Shown here: piece after piece, positions 1 to 13,572 of the stretch
How the letters are laid out: each line of letters starts with the position of its first letter
Position numbering within the stretch: position 1 is the stretch's first letter
Assembly: GCF_009914755.1 (NCBI RefSeq)
Contig: NC_060926.1
Strand: one strand, 5' to 3'
Source: the human T2T-CHM13v2.0 reference genome, Homo sapiens
Length of the DNA: 64,000 nt
Position numbers and translations under genes: made by a program
The notes under the pieces: generated by a model
What the model was told of the DNA's origin: nothing
Seen by the model: only the letters and a program-made list of their open reading frames with translations
Databases searched by the model: none

Positions 1-274
1 CACATTCATTTGGGGAAGACATTCACCCTGTTTTATCAATTTCATAAAGCCATCTCAATTAGAATATCTAGAAATTATGCTGGAATTCTTGCACTCCCTC
101 ACTACTTTTATCCTAAAAACTACTACTTTGACGCCTAAATATTTGTAATGGATTCTCTTCCCTCTAGTCCCCTTCTCACTATCCTAATGTAGGCTTTTTC
201 TATCTCTCAATTGGAAATTTTAATAAATTCCTTATTACATTTACTACAGAAGATGTTACCGTCTTATTCCATTG

Positions 275-554
275 CAGTTGACCCTTGCGCAACACAGGTC
301 TAAACTGTGTGCGTCCACTTACATGCAGGATTTTTTCAGTAAGTAGTCAACCCTCCATATTCACAGGTTCCGTATCTGCAACAAACCATGCACGGGAAAT
401 ACAGTGTTGGCGAGCTGGGAAACCCGTGAATATGGAAAGCTGACTTCATATCTACACATTCCACAGGGCTCACTATGAGACTTGAACGTGTATGGGTTTT
501 GGTATCCGGGGCGGTCCTGGAGCCAATCCCCCCTTGGATATTGAGAGGCAACTG
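275..554. mobile_element. Tigger2/MER8-type TcMar DNA transposon relic
   Basis: Terminal inverted repeats cagttgaccctt...gagaggcaactg, followed by TA. Internal ttttggtatccggggcggtcctggagccaatcccc is typical of MER8/MER2. Confidence 0.75.
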
Positions 555-569
555 TATGATCTGTTTTTC

Positions 570-905
570 ACACAGCTGACAGATATATGTATCTAAAGCA
601 CAAATCTAATCCCGCCACCCCCACTTAATTCACTTGCAAGAGTTCTTGTTACCTACAGAATCAAATTCAGGAAGCTTTCTCTGACCACATCTCCCCAGAA
701 TCCTCCATCTGTGTGTCCAGGACACCTACATTTCTTTATTATCACACTCTTTTTTGTTACAATACTCACTTGATGTATCTTTCCCTGCCATTACACTATG
801 AGCTTCTTGAGGACCCAACTTGCATCTTAATCATTTTTGTAGTTATGGTGCCTAAAACATTTCTTGAGATAGATTAATTATTCAAAAATATTTTGAATGA
901 GTGAA
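570..905 (+). mobile_element. L2 3' fragment
   Basis: tatgagcttcttgaggac...gtgccta...aaatattttgaatgagtgaa, resembling the L2 tail. Confidence 0.55.
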
Positions 906-1569
906 AGATGAGTATAGAATATAATGATTGAAGGGGCTTCCTGGAGGAGACTGCACTGAGTTAGGTCATGAGGGAAGAAATATTTTTAATACATAGTGGG
1001 AGAAGGTACAGTCTTCCAGGAAAGGACTTCTGAAAAAATAAAAATAAAAGTTCAAAGACCAGATGGGACAGTAACACAGCAGAATTCATACAAGGTTTCT
1101 TCTCTGGTCTTTTATATTTTGGTAATTTTCCTTTATTTTTGTTCTTCTCTTTATGTCTGTGTAAAACTTCTTTATGCTTCTATTAATATTTTTATTTCTC
1201 TAAAGGTAAGAACCCACTGAGTCTGGGAGTGTACACGAGCTAGCTCAGCATTTTAAATGTAGACAAATCTAAATATTTTCTTTTTATCATTTTATATTTT
1301 CCTGGGGACCTCTTCACTCACGGATCCACACTGAGAGGAAAATATATAAAGCAGTAGGGCAACCTGCTTTCTTTTCAAATGCCTGGTAAGATGTTCTTAT
1401 TATTTTAGGGGACTCTACAGCTCCATGTCTCTTGTGAAATAGACATTGGGTTGTATTAAAGACTTGGCATTTTTCATTCTCACATCTTAAAAAATATTTT
1501 ATCTTCTAAGATTATAATTATACATATGTTAAAGCAATAAATATATATAAGTAAGAAAGAAAAATTATC

Positions 1570-1929
<360 letters not shown>

Positions 1930-4183
1930 CTAGTAAAGATAATAGACCTCACTGAGAGATTTTACTTATTTACATATTATTTAAGCGAGAGACTCCACCA
2001 GTACCTCTGGAACTGCCTCTCCATAATCAGCAATGACTTCTCTACCCTCCACCTCTTCTCCAAATACTTCTGTCACCTTCTTGCTTTAACAGAAACATGG
2101 CCCTCCCCTGAAATCACCAGTGTCCCTGAATTGTCTCCATGTACCTGGAGACCATTCTTCCTAATCACTCCTCTCCTACTTTTTCTTTAAAAAAAACCCC
2201 TGCTCATCTGAGACTCATTCAGTCAGCTGCACCTTCCCCACCAACCACCAACCATCATGACTGTTATTTATTAAATTCAATGGTTTCCCTCGTTTACAAG
2301 GACATTGATACACAACTTACAGCTTTTCTCTGCCTTCAAGTCCTTCCATTTTCCTGGGACACCATCATGGCCTCTGAGTTCCTAGGTTTCCTCCTATTTA
2401 ATAACTTTCCCCCTACCCTAGCTTTCATTTTTTGGTCACCGCTGGATCCTAACAAGTTACCCTACTCCCTACAAACTAAAGCAAACATCTCAGTGGCCCC
2501 AGTCACCACTCTTTACAATTTGCTTTGCCAAGTATTCACACTAAAAGGGTTCTTTAGTTTCACCAAGATCTCCAGTCTGCTGACCCTTTATCTGTCTTCC
2601 AGTTTACCCTTTCTTTTCTTTCTTTCCTTTTAATCCAACTTACATTGCACAGTGTATCATTTCAATCGCTCTCTTAGATCTCTTGGTGGCGACCTAAATT
2701 TCCTGTACCTGGTCTCTCCCTGCCCTAACCCCACTCTGCAATAGAAATTTTATTTATATTTTTCCTCACAAAACCGCTCCCTGGCTGAAGTCAGCTATAT
2801 ACTTTCTCATTGCCCAAACTAGAACTATGGAGAGTTTTCTGAATTCGTAAGTAACTATGTAACTTAACAGGCCCTATTGGTAGCCCTGCAGAGTTAATAT
2901 TACCAACTTCAAATGGGCCCCCAGTGCTGCACTGCCACAGTCATCTTTAGTCATCTCTCTTCCTCCATTCCCCCCATCAATTAAGGTAAACTTTCTTCAT
3001 TCTCTTCAGATACCCCTATGTTCATTAGACTTTGCATCATAACAGAGAAAATAGACAACTTCTGCCTGGGTTCTTATCTTCAAGCTACCAAGCTTGCAAA
3101 TCACTTATATCTACATTAATTTGACCCTCCTTCCCCTCAGTGAGAACAGGAACGCTTTCTGTTATGCTACCTTCGGGCTATATTTCTACCCATGCTTTGG
3201 GTTCCATCCTCTTGCCCTTCTCAGGAATTTTCCTTCACTGATTGTTATTGCTCTCTTCTATATAGTCAGCACCTCTATCTCATTAAATAATTTGAGTTAG
3301 CTTTTCAACATATGCAAAACTCTTCCTTTAAAACAAACAAAACACATCTCTCTCAAGTTACTGCTCTATTCCTCCCATCCACATTAACATTGAAATGTTC
3401 AGTAAGTGAGCTCCATTCACCATCTCCCAGTCACTCTCTCACCCACTTCAAATTGCCTTCCAACCTTTGTACTTCCAAGGAAGCAATTTTGCTCAACTGT
3501 TGACATCCATGTTGCTCAACTCAAAAGATATATTTAAGTCCTTTTCAAATTAATACTTTCAATACAAGTTCAATATTGTCAAAGATGTTCTTTCCTTCTG
3601 ATTTTTCTCCTCTGCCATCCATTTAATGTTGGCATTTTTCAAGGCTTGGTTCTGGACTCACTCTCCATCACACTTTATATACTCTCCCCCTAAGCAAGTT
3701 CATTCAAGCCTGTTGTTTCAATTACCACGGAAGGCAGATGACTTAAATTAGTTGTTCAGTTTGGACCTCTCCTCTAAGCTCCAGGGCTACACATCCAACT
3801 GCCTTTTGGACATCTTGCTACCCAACTCATGATCTATCATCTCCCTCAAACCAGCTTTTATCTGATATTTTGACATCATTTAATAGCTTCACAATCCATT
3901 TTGTTGTGCATGCCATAGAGAAAAATTAAATTCTCTCCCATTCTCACTCCCTCTCTCTCTCATTCTCTCTCTCCCCTCCTCTCTCTATCCTTCTCAAACT
4001 TCCGATTCAATCCATGACCAAGCTTTGAAAGTTGTATCTCCTAAATGGCTTTCAACTTGGTTCACTTCTGGCCATCTCCATCATCATTCTTTCTTTAAGA
4101 TCATCATCACTTGCCTGCAGTACTGCTATACTAACTGCTCTTTCCACATGTATTGTAACCTTCTACTCTAACCCAGTCTGGAG

Positions 4184-4407
4184 TAGTGGCTCTTTACCAG
4201 CAGTGACTTTGCTCCCCACATGAGATTTTGCAATGTGCGAACACACTTTTAATAGTTATGACTCCAGAGCTAGGGACAAATGCTCCTGGCATCTAGTGGG
4301 TAGAGACCAGGAAGGCTGCCAAACATCCTACCTGCACAGAATAAGGCTCTAATAACAAAGAATTATCTGGTTCAAAATATTAACAGTGACAAGATTTAGA
4401 AATCCTG
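4184..4407 (+). mobile_element. MER20 (hAT-Charlie)
   Basis: tgctcctggcatctagtgggtagagaccagg...gccaaacatcctac...aacaaagaattatctgg, the MER20 signature. Confidence 0.85.
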
Positions 4408-4466
4408 TTCTGGAGTTAGACTGCGCTTTTCACATGGCAGACCTGATTATGTCATGTGTGCATGTG

Positions 4467-4469
<3 letters not shown>

Positions 4470-4507
<38 letters not shown>
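4470..4507. repeat. (CA)n microsatellite
   Basis: About 18-19 uninterrupted AC units. Confidence 0.95.
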
Positions 4508-4509
<2 letters not shown>

Positions 4510-6069
4510 AAAAACATTCAATAACTTCCCATTGAGCTAAGACAAAGCAAATATGGTGCTGCAGGCCTTTGTGATCTGCTCCCGGCCTGCCTCTGCAGGC
4601 CATCCAGCACCACGTGTTTCCTTTCAGCCTCCCTGCTCCCACCTACTCTATCTTCTGTCCTCCCTCCCAGTCCAGGACATTTGCACATATTGTCTTCACC
4701 TGGAAAGCTCTTCACGTAGTTAAGCCCCATTCATTCTTCAAATATCAGCTGAAGGTCGTTTCCCTGGGAGAGCCCTATACAGGGCTCTCTCTCACTGAGT
4801 TAATTCCCCCATTAAGACACTCAGCATTAGAGTTGCATGTTTAATACTGACTCCTGGGCTTCGTTACTATTTGCCTCCTTCTCTAGACTGGAAGCCACAA
4901 AAGGTGAAAAACATTTCTTTATTTTATTTTAAATAAAATTATACCACCAGTAGTTGGTTGTTGAACATTAGGTGTTCAATGACTAAATCTCTTCCAAGAA
5001 CATTTGAGAAAACTTAGTCCTAGAAATGGCAAGTGACTTAATCAAGGCCACAAAGCTTATTAGTAGCCAAGGGAGGGCTTGAATCCAACTTTCTTATTGT
5101 GAAATGCTGCATTTGTTCCTTCTAAAGTGGTATTGTACACATTTGTTTAAGCTTCTAGATTTTTACTCAAAGTAAATCTTTTGTGGAAGCACAGTGTATA
5201 AAACAGATTACGAGAGATTAAAGCAGATCACTGCTTTGATTGGAGACAGCTCAATTCAGCCTCATCCAAGAAGCTCTTTTACATCTCTACACAGCTGCCT
5301 CCTTACCCCTTGCCAGGCCCTGAAGAGCTTGCCTCAGAATGACTTTGATGTGATGACTAGGGCTTGAAAATAAGTCCACTACATTCACATGTAGATTGTT
5401 CCTTACTGCCTCCGTACAAGATGCACTCTTGATACTTGTGAATTCCAAAATGAGAATACCAATATAGTATAAGTTAATGTCATCACCAGCTGAAATTTAA
5501 TCAAATCACATTTCCATGTAGGTATATGAAACAGAAATTATTCCTTAATATCATCAGTCTGAGTCCATGGACCATGTTCAGTATTCCACCTTTTACCAAA
5601 ACATAAATTTTCCTAACAAAAATCACAACTTTGTAGGCATCTGCACCTTCTATTTATCTCATCTTGTTTTTGCCAATGCTAGCAGTTGGATTAAATTGCT
5701 GAAACAAAACAAGCAAACATACTGCGTTCATGTCATAGCAGTCACCTTCCAGGACAGTGGAGAGGACACCAGAATGAACTGAGATAAGGATGTTATACTC
5801 GTGCCACATGTAATGGCATGTCTGACACTGTGTCTCAACAGCATGATACCTCACTACAAGTTATGAACATATGGATTTTTTGTAATAGTTGGAAACACAT
5901 GTTAAAGGGAATGCCCTGAAAAAAATGACAAGTTCTTTTTCTCTATTTTTCTCCTGCAATTGTTTTTAGCTTCAGTTAAAGTTCACTCTAATGAAGACAG
6001 CATACATCATATATTTTGGGAGTATCCAAAGATGATATGATTACCAGATAACAATATTTCTAGTGATTT

Positions 6070-6350
6070 TATATATATGTGTATATATGTGTATATACAC
6101 ACATTTGTAATAAATGTATGTACACACATATACATAGTGAATATATTCATATATATGAATATATATTCATGTATATTCATGTGTATATGTATATTATATA
6201 TTTGTGTGAATATATATCTTCACATATACTTATGTACATGTGATATATGTATAAATATATTTACGTGTGTGTATATATCTTCATATATACTTGTTATGCA
6301 CATGTGATGTATGTATATATATATTTACATGTGTGTATATATTATATATA
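6070..6350. repeat. (TA/TG)-rich degenerate simple repeat
   Basis: Alternating tatata/tgtgta tract. Confidence 0.85.
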
Positions 6351-6531
6351 AATTGAAAAGCTTTTCTTTTCTAACCATAGCAAAGACATAGAAAATGTAT
6401 CTACTCTAAGAATGTTTCGAAGATTTTAGCTGTCTCTTAAACTTGACTCACTCATGTCTGTGTACTTAAGAGGTAACAAAAGTGAAAAACAATTACTGAC
6501 ATCATTATCTGAATGGCTGCTTAGAGAAATA

Positions 6532-7008
6532 CAATAGTGCCTTCTTATCCATGGGGGTCATGTTACAAGGCCCTTAGTGGATGCCTAAAACCACATATAG
6601 TACCGAACCCTACATATACTCTGTCTTTTCCTAAATATATGTATACCTATAATAAAGTTTAACTTTTAAATTCAGCACAGTAAGAGATTCACAACAATAA
6701 CTCATAATAAAATAGACTAACTAAAACACTATGCTGTAATAAAAGTTAAATAAGAGTGATTTGACCACAAGCACTGCAATACTACGATAGTCCATCTGAT
6801 AACCAAGACGGCTTCTAAGTGAATCACGGTGGGTAGTATGGACAAACAAACTGATGATTCACGTCCTGGGCAGATGGAGTGATCCTCAGATCAGCATGCA
6901 ATTTAAAATTTATGAATGGTTTATTTCTGGAATTTTTCATTTCATATTGTGGACCGCAGGTAAATAAAACTGCAGAAACCAAACCTACAGTTACAGGCAA
7001 GACTACTG
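6532..7008. mobile_element. MER44 (Tigger7-derived) DNA transposon
   Basis: TIR-like caatagtgcc...gactactg; internal tagtaccgaaccctacatatac and aattcagcacagtaagagatt. Confidence 0.8.
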
Positions 7009-7866
7009 TGTGACCTCCTGTATGAAAATCTTTAACTTATGTGTAGCTGTTGAAAACATTTTCAACATATTACTTGACATATTTAAAACTAGACTTTTGC
7101 TTCTTGAACTGTCTTGAGTCATTTACTTACTTTTTGCAATGTTTTTATTCAAAATATTTAGTCTACTTGGCTGGTTTGTTTTATTTGATTACATTACTTG
7201 GCCTATACAATAAGGAATCTGTATATTCCTTATTGGCCTATACAATAAGGAATGCTAGACTTTCTATGTTGGAAATATCCTTTATATTTCCTTTCTTTGG
7301 GAATCTTTTATCTCTTCACCTTTAAATTACTATCTGAAGAAGTAATTTCATAATCTTTATGAATCGAAAAACTGTATTCACTGTATGCTGGCTGAATGGG
7401 CTTGTAATTTGGGAACTCTATAATTGCTAAGGTTATCATTACAGGGTGAACATGACATTAAACTCATTTCCTTCTGTCTTCAGCATATAATGTTTTTACA
7501 TTGCCATTTTTTGAAAGTCCCTCATCAACATTTCTCAGGCCTAGAAAGTTGCATCCATTAACATATATTATGTTGTATTGTGACCCTTATTTCCACTCTC
7601 TCTCTCTTATGAGAGAAAAAAACACACACACATGAAAGGAAGGCTAATTCAGAAGTGGAACCAGTGGCAGAAAAGTAAACTAAGCGTTCAGATATATGTT
7701 TGCAGTTCTTGGCAAAGTTATCAACATTTTACCCGAAGCATATTGAAAACATCCCTCATGACAGAAATCCCTCCCTCTTTCATTTCTGCCTTCTAACCCC
7801 CCTAAAAAACACATCTGTTTCCTACTGATAGCTTTTAACATACAACCCTTTAATGTCTTGTAACAG

Positions 7867-8020
7867 GAAGTGGAAATTGAGCGAAGTTTGTGCTCGCCAG
7901 CTTTTAAGAGTCACCCTGGGAGCCAGCTGGAGGATTCTGTGAAAGATTCAGACAAGAAAGGCAAGGAAACATCTTTTGACAAGATGTCACCTGAAAGTGG
8001 TCACAGCCGCATCTTTGAAG
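7867..8020 (+). CDS. XIRP2: Internal coding exon of Xin actin-binding repeat-containing protein 2 (exon 3 of long isoforms), 154 bp, phase 0 to phase 1
   Basis: Acceptor ttgtaacag|GAA at 7866/7867 and donor GAAG|gttagc at 8020/8021. The frame is open and reads EVEIERSLCSPAFKSHPGSQLEDSVKDSDKKGKETSFDKMSPESGHSRIFE. MSPESGHSRIFE matches my recollection of an XIRP2 isoform N-terminus. Confidence 0.92.
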
Positions 8021-8889
8021 GTTAGCATAACATTTTGATATGCTTTCTTGACATCATACCTTGTACAACATGAGTGGTTAATAAATAAAATATATGAGGG
8101 GTTTGTTTAAAAATTAGTAAGGAAAATAATGACTGCATATAGTTTAGGAAATACAATTTAGGAAAAATAGAGGTGTTTATAAATGCTTCTATCCTTATTA
8201 TATTTTAATTAGATTTTTAAAACTAAATAGAATATATTTTAATTGACTATAAACCAGTACAACAAGCATTTTCAGTATTAGAGGTTTGAAACAATGCACT
8301 TGACCATAATCTGACTTTAACTTTTGTGAAAATAAAAGGAAAACATACTTGTCTTTCTGTCTGTGGGTAACAAAAGAATAAACTAGGAGTAACTATCAGT
8401 AGCAAAATTAAAAAATAAATAAGATGCCTTAAGCATCTCCTTTTCAGACAATTAAACTAAACTTGCATAATGAATTTGGAATACAAAGTGACATAAGAGT
8501 GTTACATTTTAGACAGAACCTCATAAATTTGATTAATGCTTCACAAATATCATTAAAAAGTTAATAGCTCGTATGTTAGAAATCACACTATTAATATTAT
8601 TTTCAACAATGACAGACATGAAAAATATAAATAACTTATTGGAAAATACAGATCTTATTTATCATTTCTGATTAGGCACATTCTGGATTTTTCCTCTTTA
8701 GCCAAATAATGTCTATTGTAGTATTTGTGGTGTTTGTTAAAGATCATAATTAGTACAAATTTTAAGATATCGTTTGGAATATTTGTAGCAAACTGTCAAG
8801 TCACCAGTCCATGTGAGCAATGTGGAAAGTCTTTGGAATATTACAGTTCACAGTTTGGGAAAGCAAATGGTACTCTGCTTTAAAACTTT

Positions 8890-9050
8890 GTTATTGAAAG
8901 TGCTGTTTGCGAATCAGCACGTCAGCATCACCTGGAGGCTTATTAGAAATGCAGAACCTTCGGCCTCACATCAGTTCTACTAAATCAGAATCTGCATTGT
9001 AACAGGATCCTCAAATGATTCATGTGCACATTAAAGTTTGAGAAGCTGTA
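8890..9050. mobile_element. MER5A (hAT-Charlie)
   Basis: cagcatcacctggaggcttattagaaatgcagaa...aatcagaatctgcatt...gcacattaaagtttgagaagc. Confidence 0.85.
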
Positions 9051-10741
9051 CACTGTGACAGAACAGACTGATCTTCAGGGGAATTTACATATGGTTCAGC
9101 CCATTCTGATTCCGTTTGGTTTAAGGATGTAATTTGGAGTGGGAGGCAGGTGTAGGAACAGTCAAGGGGAGTTTGCTAATGATGGACTGGGCATGGATTT
9201 CTAAATACATGTAAATTGAGATTTCAATCTCTTTTTCACTTTCAATTCATTTTGGTATGCCCAATTAATATCCTAATATGATTAGTATCAGTCTTGAGGA
9301 ATTTACTCCACATATTTCTGGCCTGTGATTAAACTTTATGTGCACTTGGCTGAATGCAAAAGAATTAGATTAGCAGAGGCCAAGGAAAAAGAAGCTTTAA
9401 GGAATGATTTATATTCTGATGATGCTTGCCTGTGGAGAGCTTAGCATAGGGAGGCAAAAATGAGTTTGGCAAACTGATCGAAGTTACATGAGATAATTAA
9501 CTCCACTCATCACATCTTACTTCTCCTCATCTGTGTTTTCTTTGATTTCCATGCAAAGGTTTTCAAAGGCCTTTTTATGTTAAAAGCTTAGAAAAAGTAT
9601 TCTGGAGTGTAACCACTATTTACTGTCAAGATATGACTGAAATTTAAAAGTAACCTCAAATACACATTTCCAGGTACATTGACAATAACAAGAAGTAAAC
9701 TTCCAAACACAAGGTGGGAAAATTGCATCTGCAAGGTGGATGAACATAGCAGCAATTTTAATTTCATTTTATCTGTATATTGCACAAGAACTCTAATTCC
9801 TACGTAGCAATACATTTAAAAGAAACAAAATTCTTTCATTATGGGATCCTTTTCGTTCTTTCATGGGGCCCCAAATTTCTATCTCTGTTGGGACAAGAAT
9901 GAACTATTTTAATACTTAATTTAGTTAACTTGGACAGCATGCAAGTTAAACTGGACAAAACCTACAAACCAAGAGCATTTTGATATTGCTGTTTTGCTGT
10001 AAATATTTATTTTATTCCAAAAAGATAAACACATGTTTCTAAATAAAGTGTGATAACTGAAAGATTTCAGAATTTATACAATTATATGAGTGACTGTGAC
10101 AGCCTTATACATTAAACATCTTAACTAGCCGTAAGAGTTTCATATTGAGGCAGTATTTATTTGTAGTAATATGAAAAACAGTAGATTTTTAAAATTACAC
10201 TTATAAAAGATAATTTAAGTGCAGCTACCTAATATCCTGCATATTTAAAATTTAGTAAACAGTGTGAATTGATAACTCCATTCCAGGACTGAGGACTAGC
10301 AATGCCTGTCAGTTTGGTTCCACTCCAATATCCTCAATGGCAGAACCAGAACAGCACAGAAAGGTGCTATGATTTTCCCCAGCCTCTCTTTTTATGCCTG
10401 ATGATACACTCCCAGGTTCCCAGTTTGTGGACAATTGCTCTCACCACGTCTATTTTATTTGCTCCTTTTCCTCACTTATGTATTGGTGTCAAATAAACCA
10501 TAGTGCTCCCGTGTGCATGTTGGTGCATTCCATTCACATTTTCTTGGAGATACACTCTAACAGTTGTTAAAATGATTCTAGGAAGACTTAGACCATATGT
10601 CATTAAATGTCAAGCATAGCAAATCCATAATTTGACAAATTTGGGTAATTTGATAATAGATGGGATATGAAAGAAAACAAATCAATCAGTGTAAATGATT
10701 TGATTAATTGTATTATACTAATATAAAAATCTGATTCGTTG

Positions 10742-11030
10742 GGCTGGGCACAGTGACTCATGCCTGTAATCCCAGCATTTTGGGAGGCCAAGGTGGGCGA
10801 ATCACCTAGGCTCAGGAGTTTGAGACCAGCCCCGACCAACATGGTGAAACCCCATCTCTACTAAAAATACAAAAATTAGCTGGGCATGATAGTGGGTGCC
10901 TGTAATCTCAGCTACTCGGGAGGCTGAGGCAGGAGAATCACTTGAACCTGGCAGGTGGAGGCTTCAGTGAGCCGAGATGGCGCCACTGCACTCCAGGCTG
11001 GCCAACAGAGCGAGACTCTGTCTCAAAAAA
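10742..11030 (+). mobile_element. AluS, tail replaced by a palindromic (TA)-rich tract
   Basis: Full Alu dimer; degenerate TSD tgattcgttg/tgatttgttg. Confidence 0.92.
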
Positions 11031-11694
11031 TATATATATATATGCATATATATACGTACGTATATATATGCATATATATATATATGATTTGTTGAATTTC
11101 TTTTAGATATTTTAAGACCAGTAAGCTAGAAAGTGAATACTGGAAGTCTTAGGTACTGGTGTTTGATCTAGATGTATGTAGAATTGAAAAATATACTCTT
11201 CCTGCTGAAAAACTCTGGATCAAGGAATGCTTCAAATATCAGAATTGAATGGGTCATGTTCATCAGATTTATATGACTTGGAGTTTTTTAATATGACAAT
11301 TGCCTGCCCTTCACTTTTATTCTCTAACTCATAATTTTAATTTTAATCTTCTAAGTCATCAACATGTAAAATGTCAAAAGATAAAATATATATTCAAAGT
11401 CACTTTTTCCAGGCTTTTGCAATAAACCTTGGAAATTACCTGCTGTATTTCTCTTTTTATTCTGCTCCATTAAAACTAAATTCATTCTTTATTCTTATAA
11501 TGGCCATTCATCTCCTCTGACGGGTTTTACAAAACAAACTGAGACTTCTGTTCTTTCAGTTTTCTACTGCTCTTTACGTGAGGGGATCCTTGCAGTCATT
11601 AATGTTTCTAAAATACTGTAGTATGTATATGTATTTGTGTGATTGTCATTTACATATCTTATTTTTTGTTTAAAATCAGACATTTTAGAGTAAT

Positions 11695-11880
11695 GACGTC
11701 CAATAGAAACTTCTGTGATAATGATAATAGAAGTGTCCTATATCTGTGCGGTCCAATATGGTAACCACTAGCCACATGTAGCTATTATGCAATTAAAAAG
11801 TAGCTAGTGCAACTGACCAACATAATTGCTAATTTCATTGAATTTTAAGTAATGTACATGTAAATCGTCATGATATTGGA
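11695..11880. mobile_element. MER3 (hAT-Charlie)
   Basis: gtccaatagaaacttctgtgataatg...gtccaatatggtaaccactagccacatgt. Confidence 0.8.
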
Positions 11881-13239
11881 AGCTGACATTCGTCCAATGA
11901 GCTGTCTACCGTTTTCATAAGAGTTGATCCAGATGCTAATTATTCATTTTAAGTGATCCTCTATCTGCCAATTTACCTTTATTAAAATGTATGTGGATAA
12001 GGAGAAAGAGAATTCATGTTGGCAAAATAGATAAAAGGCAAATAGCAATAATTCACATATTAAAAACTTGTCTTCGAGAACTAGGGATGATCTCCTCTCT
12101 TTAGTATTTTCTGGTGATAAAATTAAGAAAAATATAATTTCAACTGTGTTCCCTTTTCAATGTGCTGATAAAGCAATAGTTTTATCATAGAAACAGAAAT
12201 ACTACTGTGAGGCTTTGCATTCTTTTTTCCATAACATCTTTTCTAGAGCTTAATTGTCTTGGAAATATGAATCCCCTCAGGTCAGAAGCAAACCTTTGTC
12301 TAAATACCTAAGATTAACAAAGTTAAATGAAATGGTGCAACAGGCTACTTTAAAATTAACAGCACCATTTCTTTAATAAAACAGGGCTTCTTTGGAAACT
12401 TCGGAGTAAATCAGACATTTAGTCACAGAGTAGTTCCAGCTAACACCATCGACACCATTTGTTTTGCTCTGCCTGAACTGTCCCCTCTAACGAGACTCAG
12501 AGGACAGGCTTTTATAACTGGTCTCTGGATACACGATGGTGGACCCAGGACTCCCAGCACCGGCTTCTGCTTCCGGACTTGCTTCCCTACCTACTGTACC
12601 TTATTTCATGCCCCAAATAATGTTATTTTAGTTCATACAGGAGACATTTCATTAGGAAAAATATTGTCAGTGGATCACCATCTAAAACAATTCTGTGGTG
12701 ATGGCCTTTGTAAAATAAAGAATCCATTTTTTGTATCAGTAATCATCTCTAATTGATCTGCTTACCCAATTAAGTGTTTCTCTTTCTTACAGTCAGATCC
12801 ACCTGCAGATTTTTGATGACTCCCACATGTTCCTTTTAGTCACTATTACAGTCAGTGAGTCAAAACACATTCCAGAGTTAAGTCATGGCCCAGTAAGAAG
12901 GGGCAGCTGGGAGTTTGCTATTCTGAGGACTATGTAATGAAAGGTCTATTCATGAGGTCGTTCACGTGGTAACTATAAATCAGCACCTTGGAATGCTGGA
13001 AAATTTCCAAAATCCCAGGAACTCATTTTGAGCTTGCACGCGGTCATATTTAATTTTAAAACATGAGGCCATTGAAGAAAGATAACAACAAATTTAAGTA
13101 TACCTTTAAAAAATCATTCATTCACTTTACTACCCTGAAATTGGAAAAAACTAAATATTATTTTTAATATTCTGACTGTAGAATGTCAGAAATGTGTACA
13201 TATTTCTACCAAATATTTTTGATGTGCTGTTTTCATTTG

Positions 13240-13560
13240 CCCATTCATCTGTTCATTCATCAAACAAATAAGTATTGAGTGCCTATTTGTGGCAGGAACT
13301 ATTCTAGGTGCTTGGAGACATCAATGAATGAAAGACAAAAAGAAAAAGAAAAAATCCTGCCCATGGAGCATATTTTCTAACAGGAGATCATACATTGGAT
13401 GAAAAAATAATGAAGAAGTAAATGGTATATCGGAAGACAGCAAGTGCTATAGAAAACATAGGCCAGGATAGTGGGAATGGTGCATGATGGAAATTCCTAA
13501 TTTTAATTAGGATGATGAGAATCAGCCACACGGGAAGGTGACATTTAAACTAAGACTTGA
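13240..13560 (-). mobile_element. L2 3' end, antisense
   Basis: ttcattcatcaaacaaataagtattgagtgcctatttgtggcaggaactattctaggtgct. Confidence 0.75.
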
Positions 13561-13572
13561 ATAAGTAAATAT

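Larger units (their letters stand above)
2000..4985 (+). mobile_element. Long degraded L2 (interrupted by MER20 and a CA repeat)
   Basis: CT-rich L2 ORF2/3' motifs (tggacctctcctctaagctccag...atccaactgcct...ggacatct; ctctagactggaagc). Confidence 0.65.

Noticed and set aside
2139-2633. 164-aa ORF
   Set aside because: Lies in degraded CT-rich L2 sequence; low-complexity Leu/Phe/Ser peptide with no splice or domain support.
6077-6307. 76-aa Ile/Tyr/Cys-rich ORF
   Set aside because: Translation of a (TA/TG) simple repeat.
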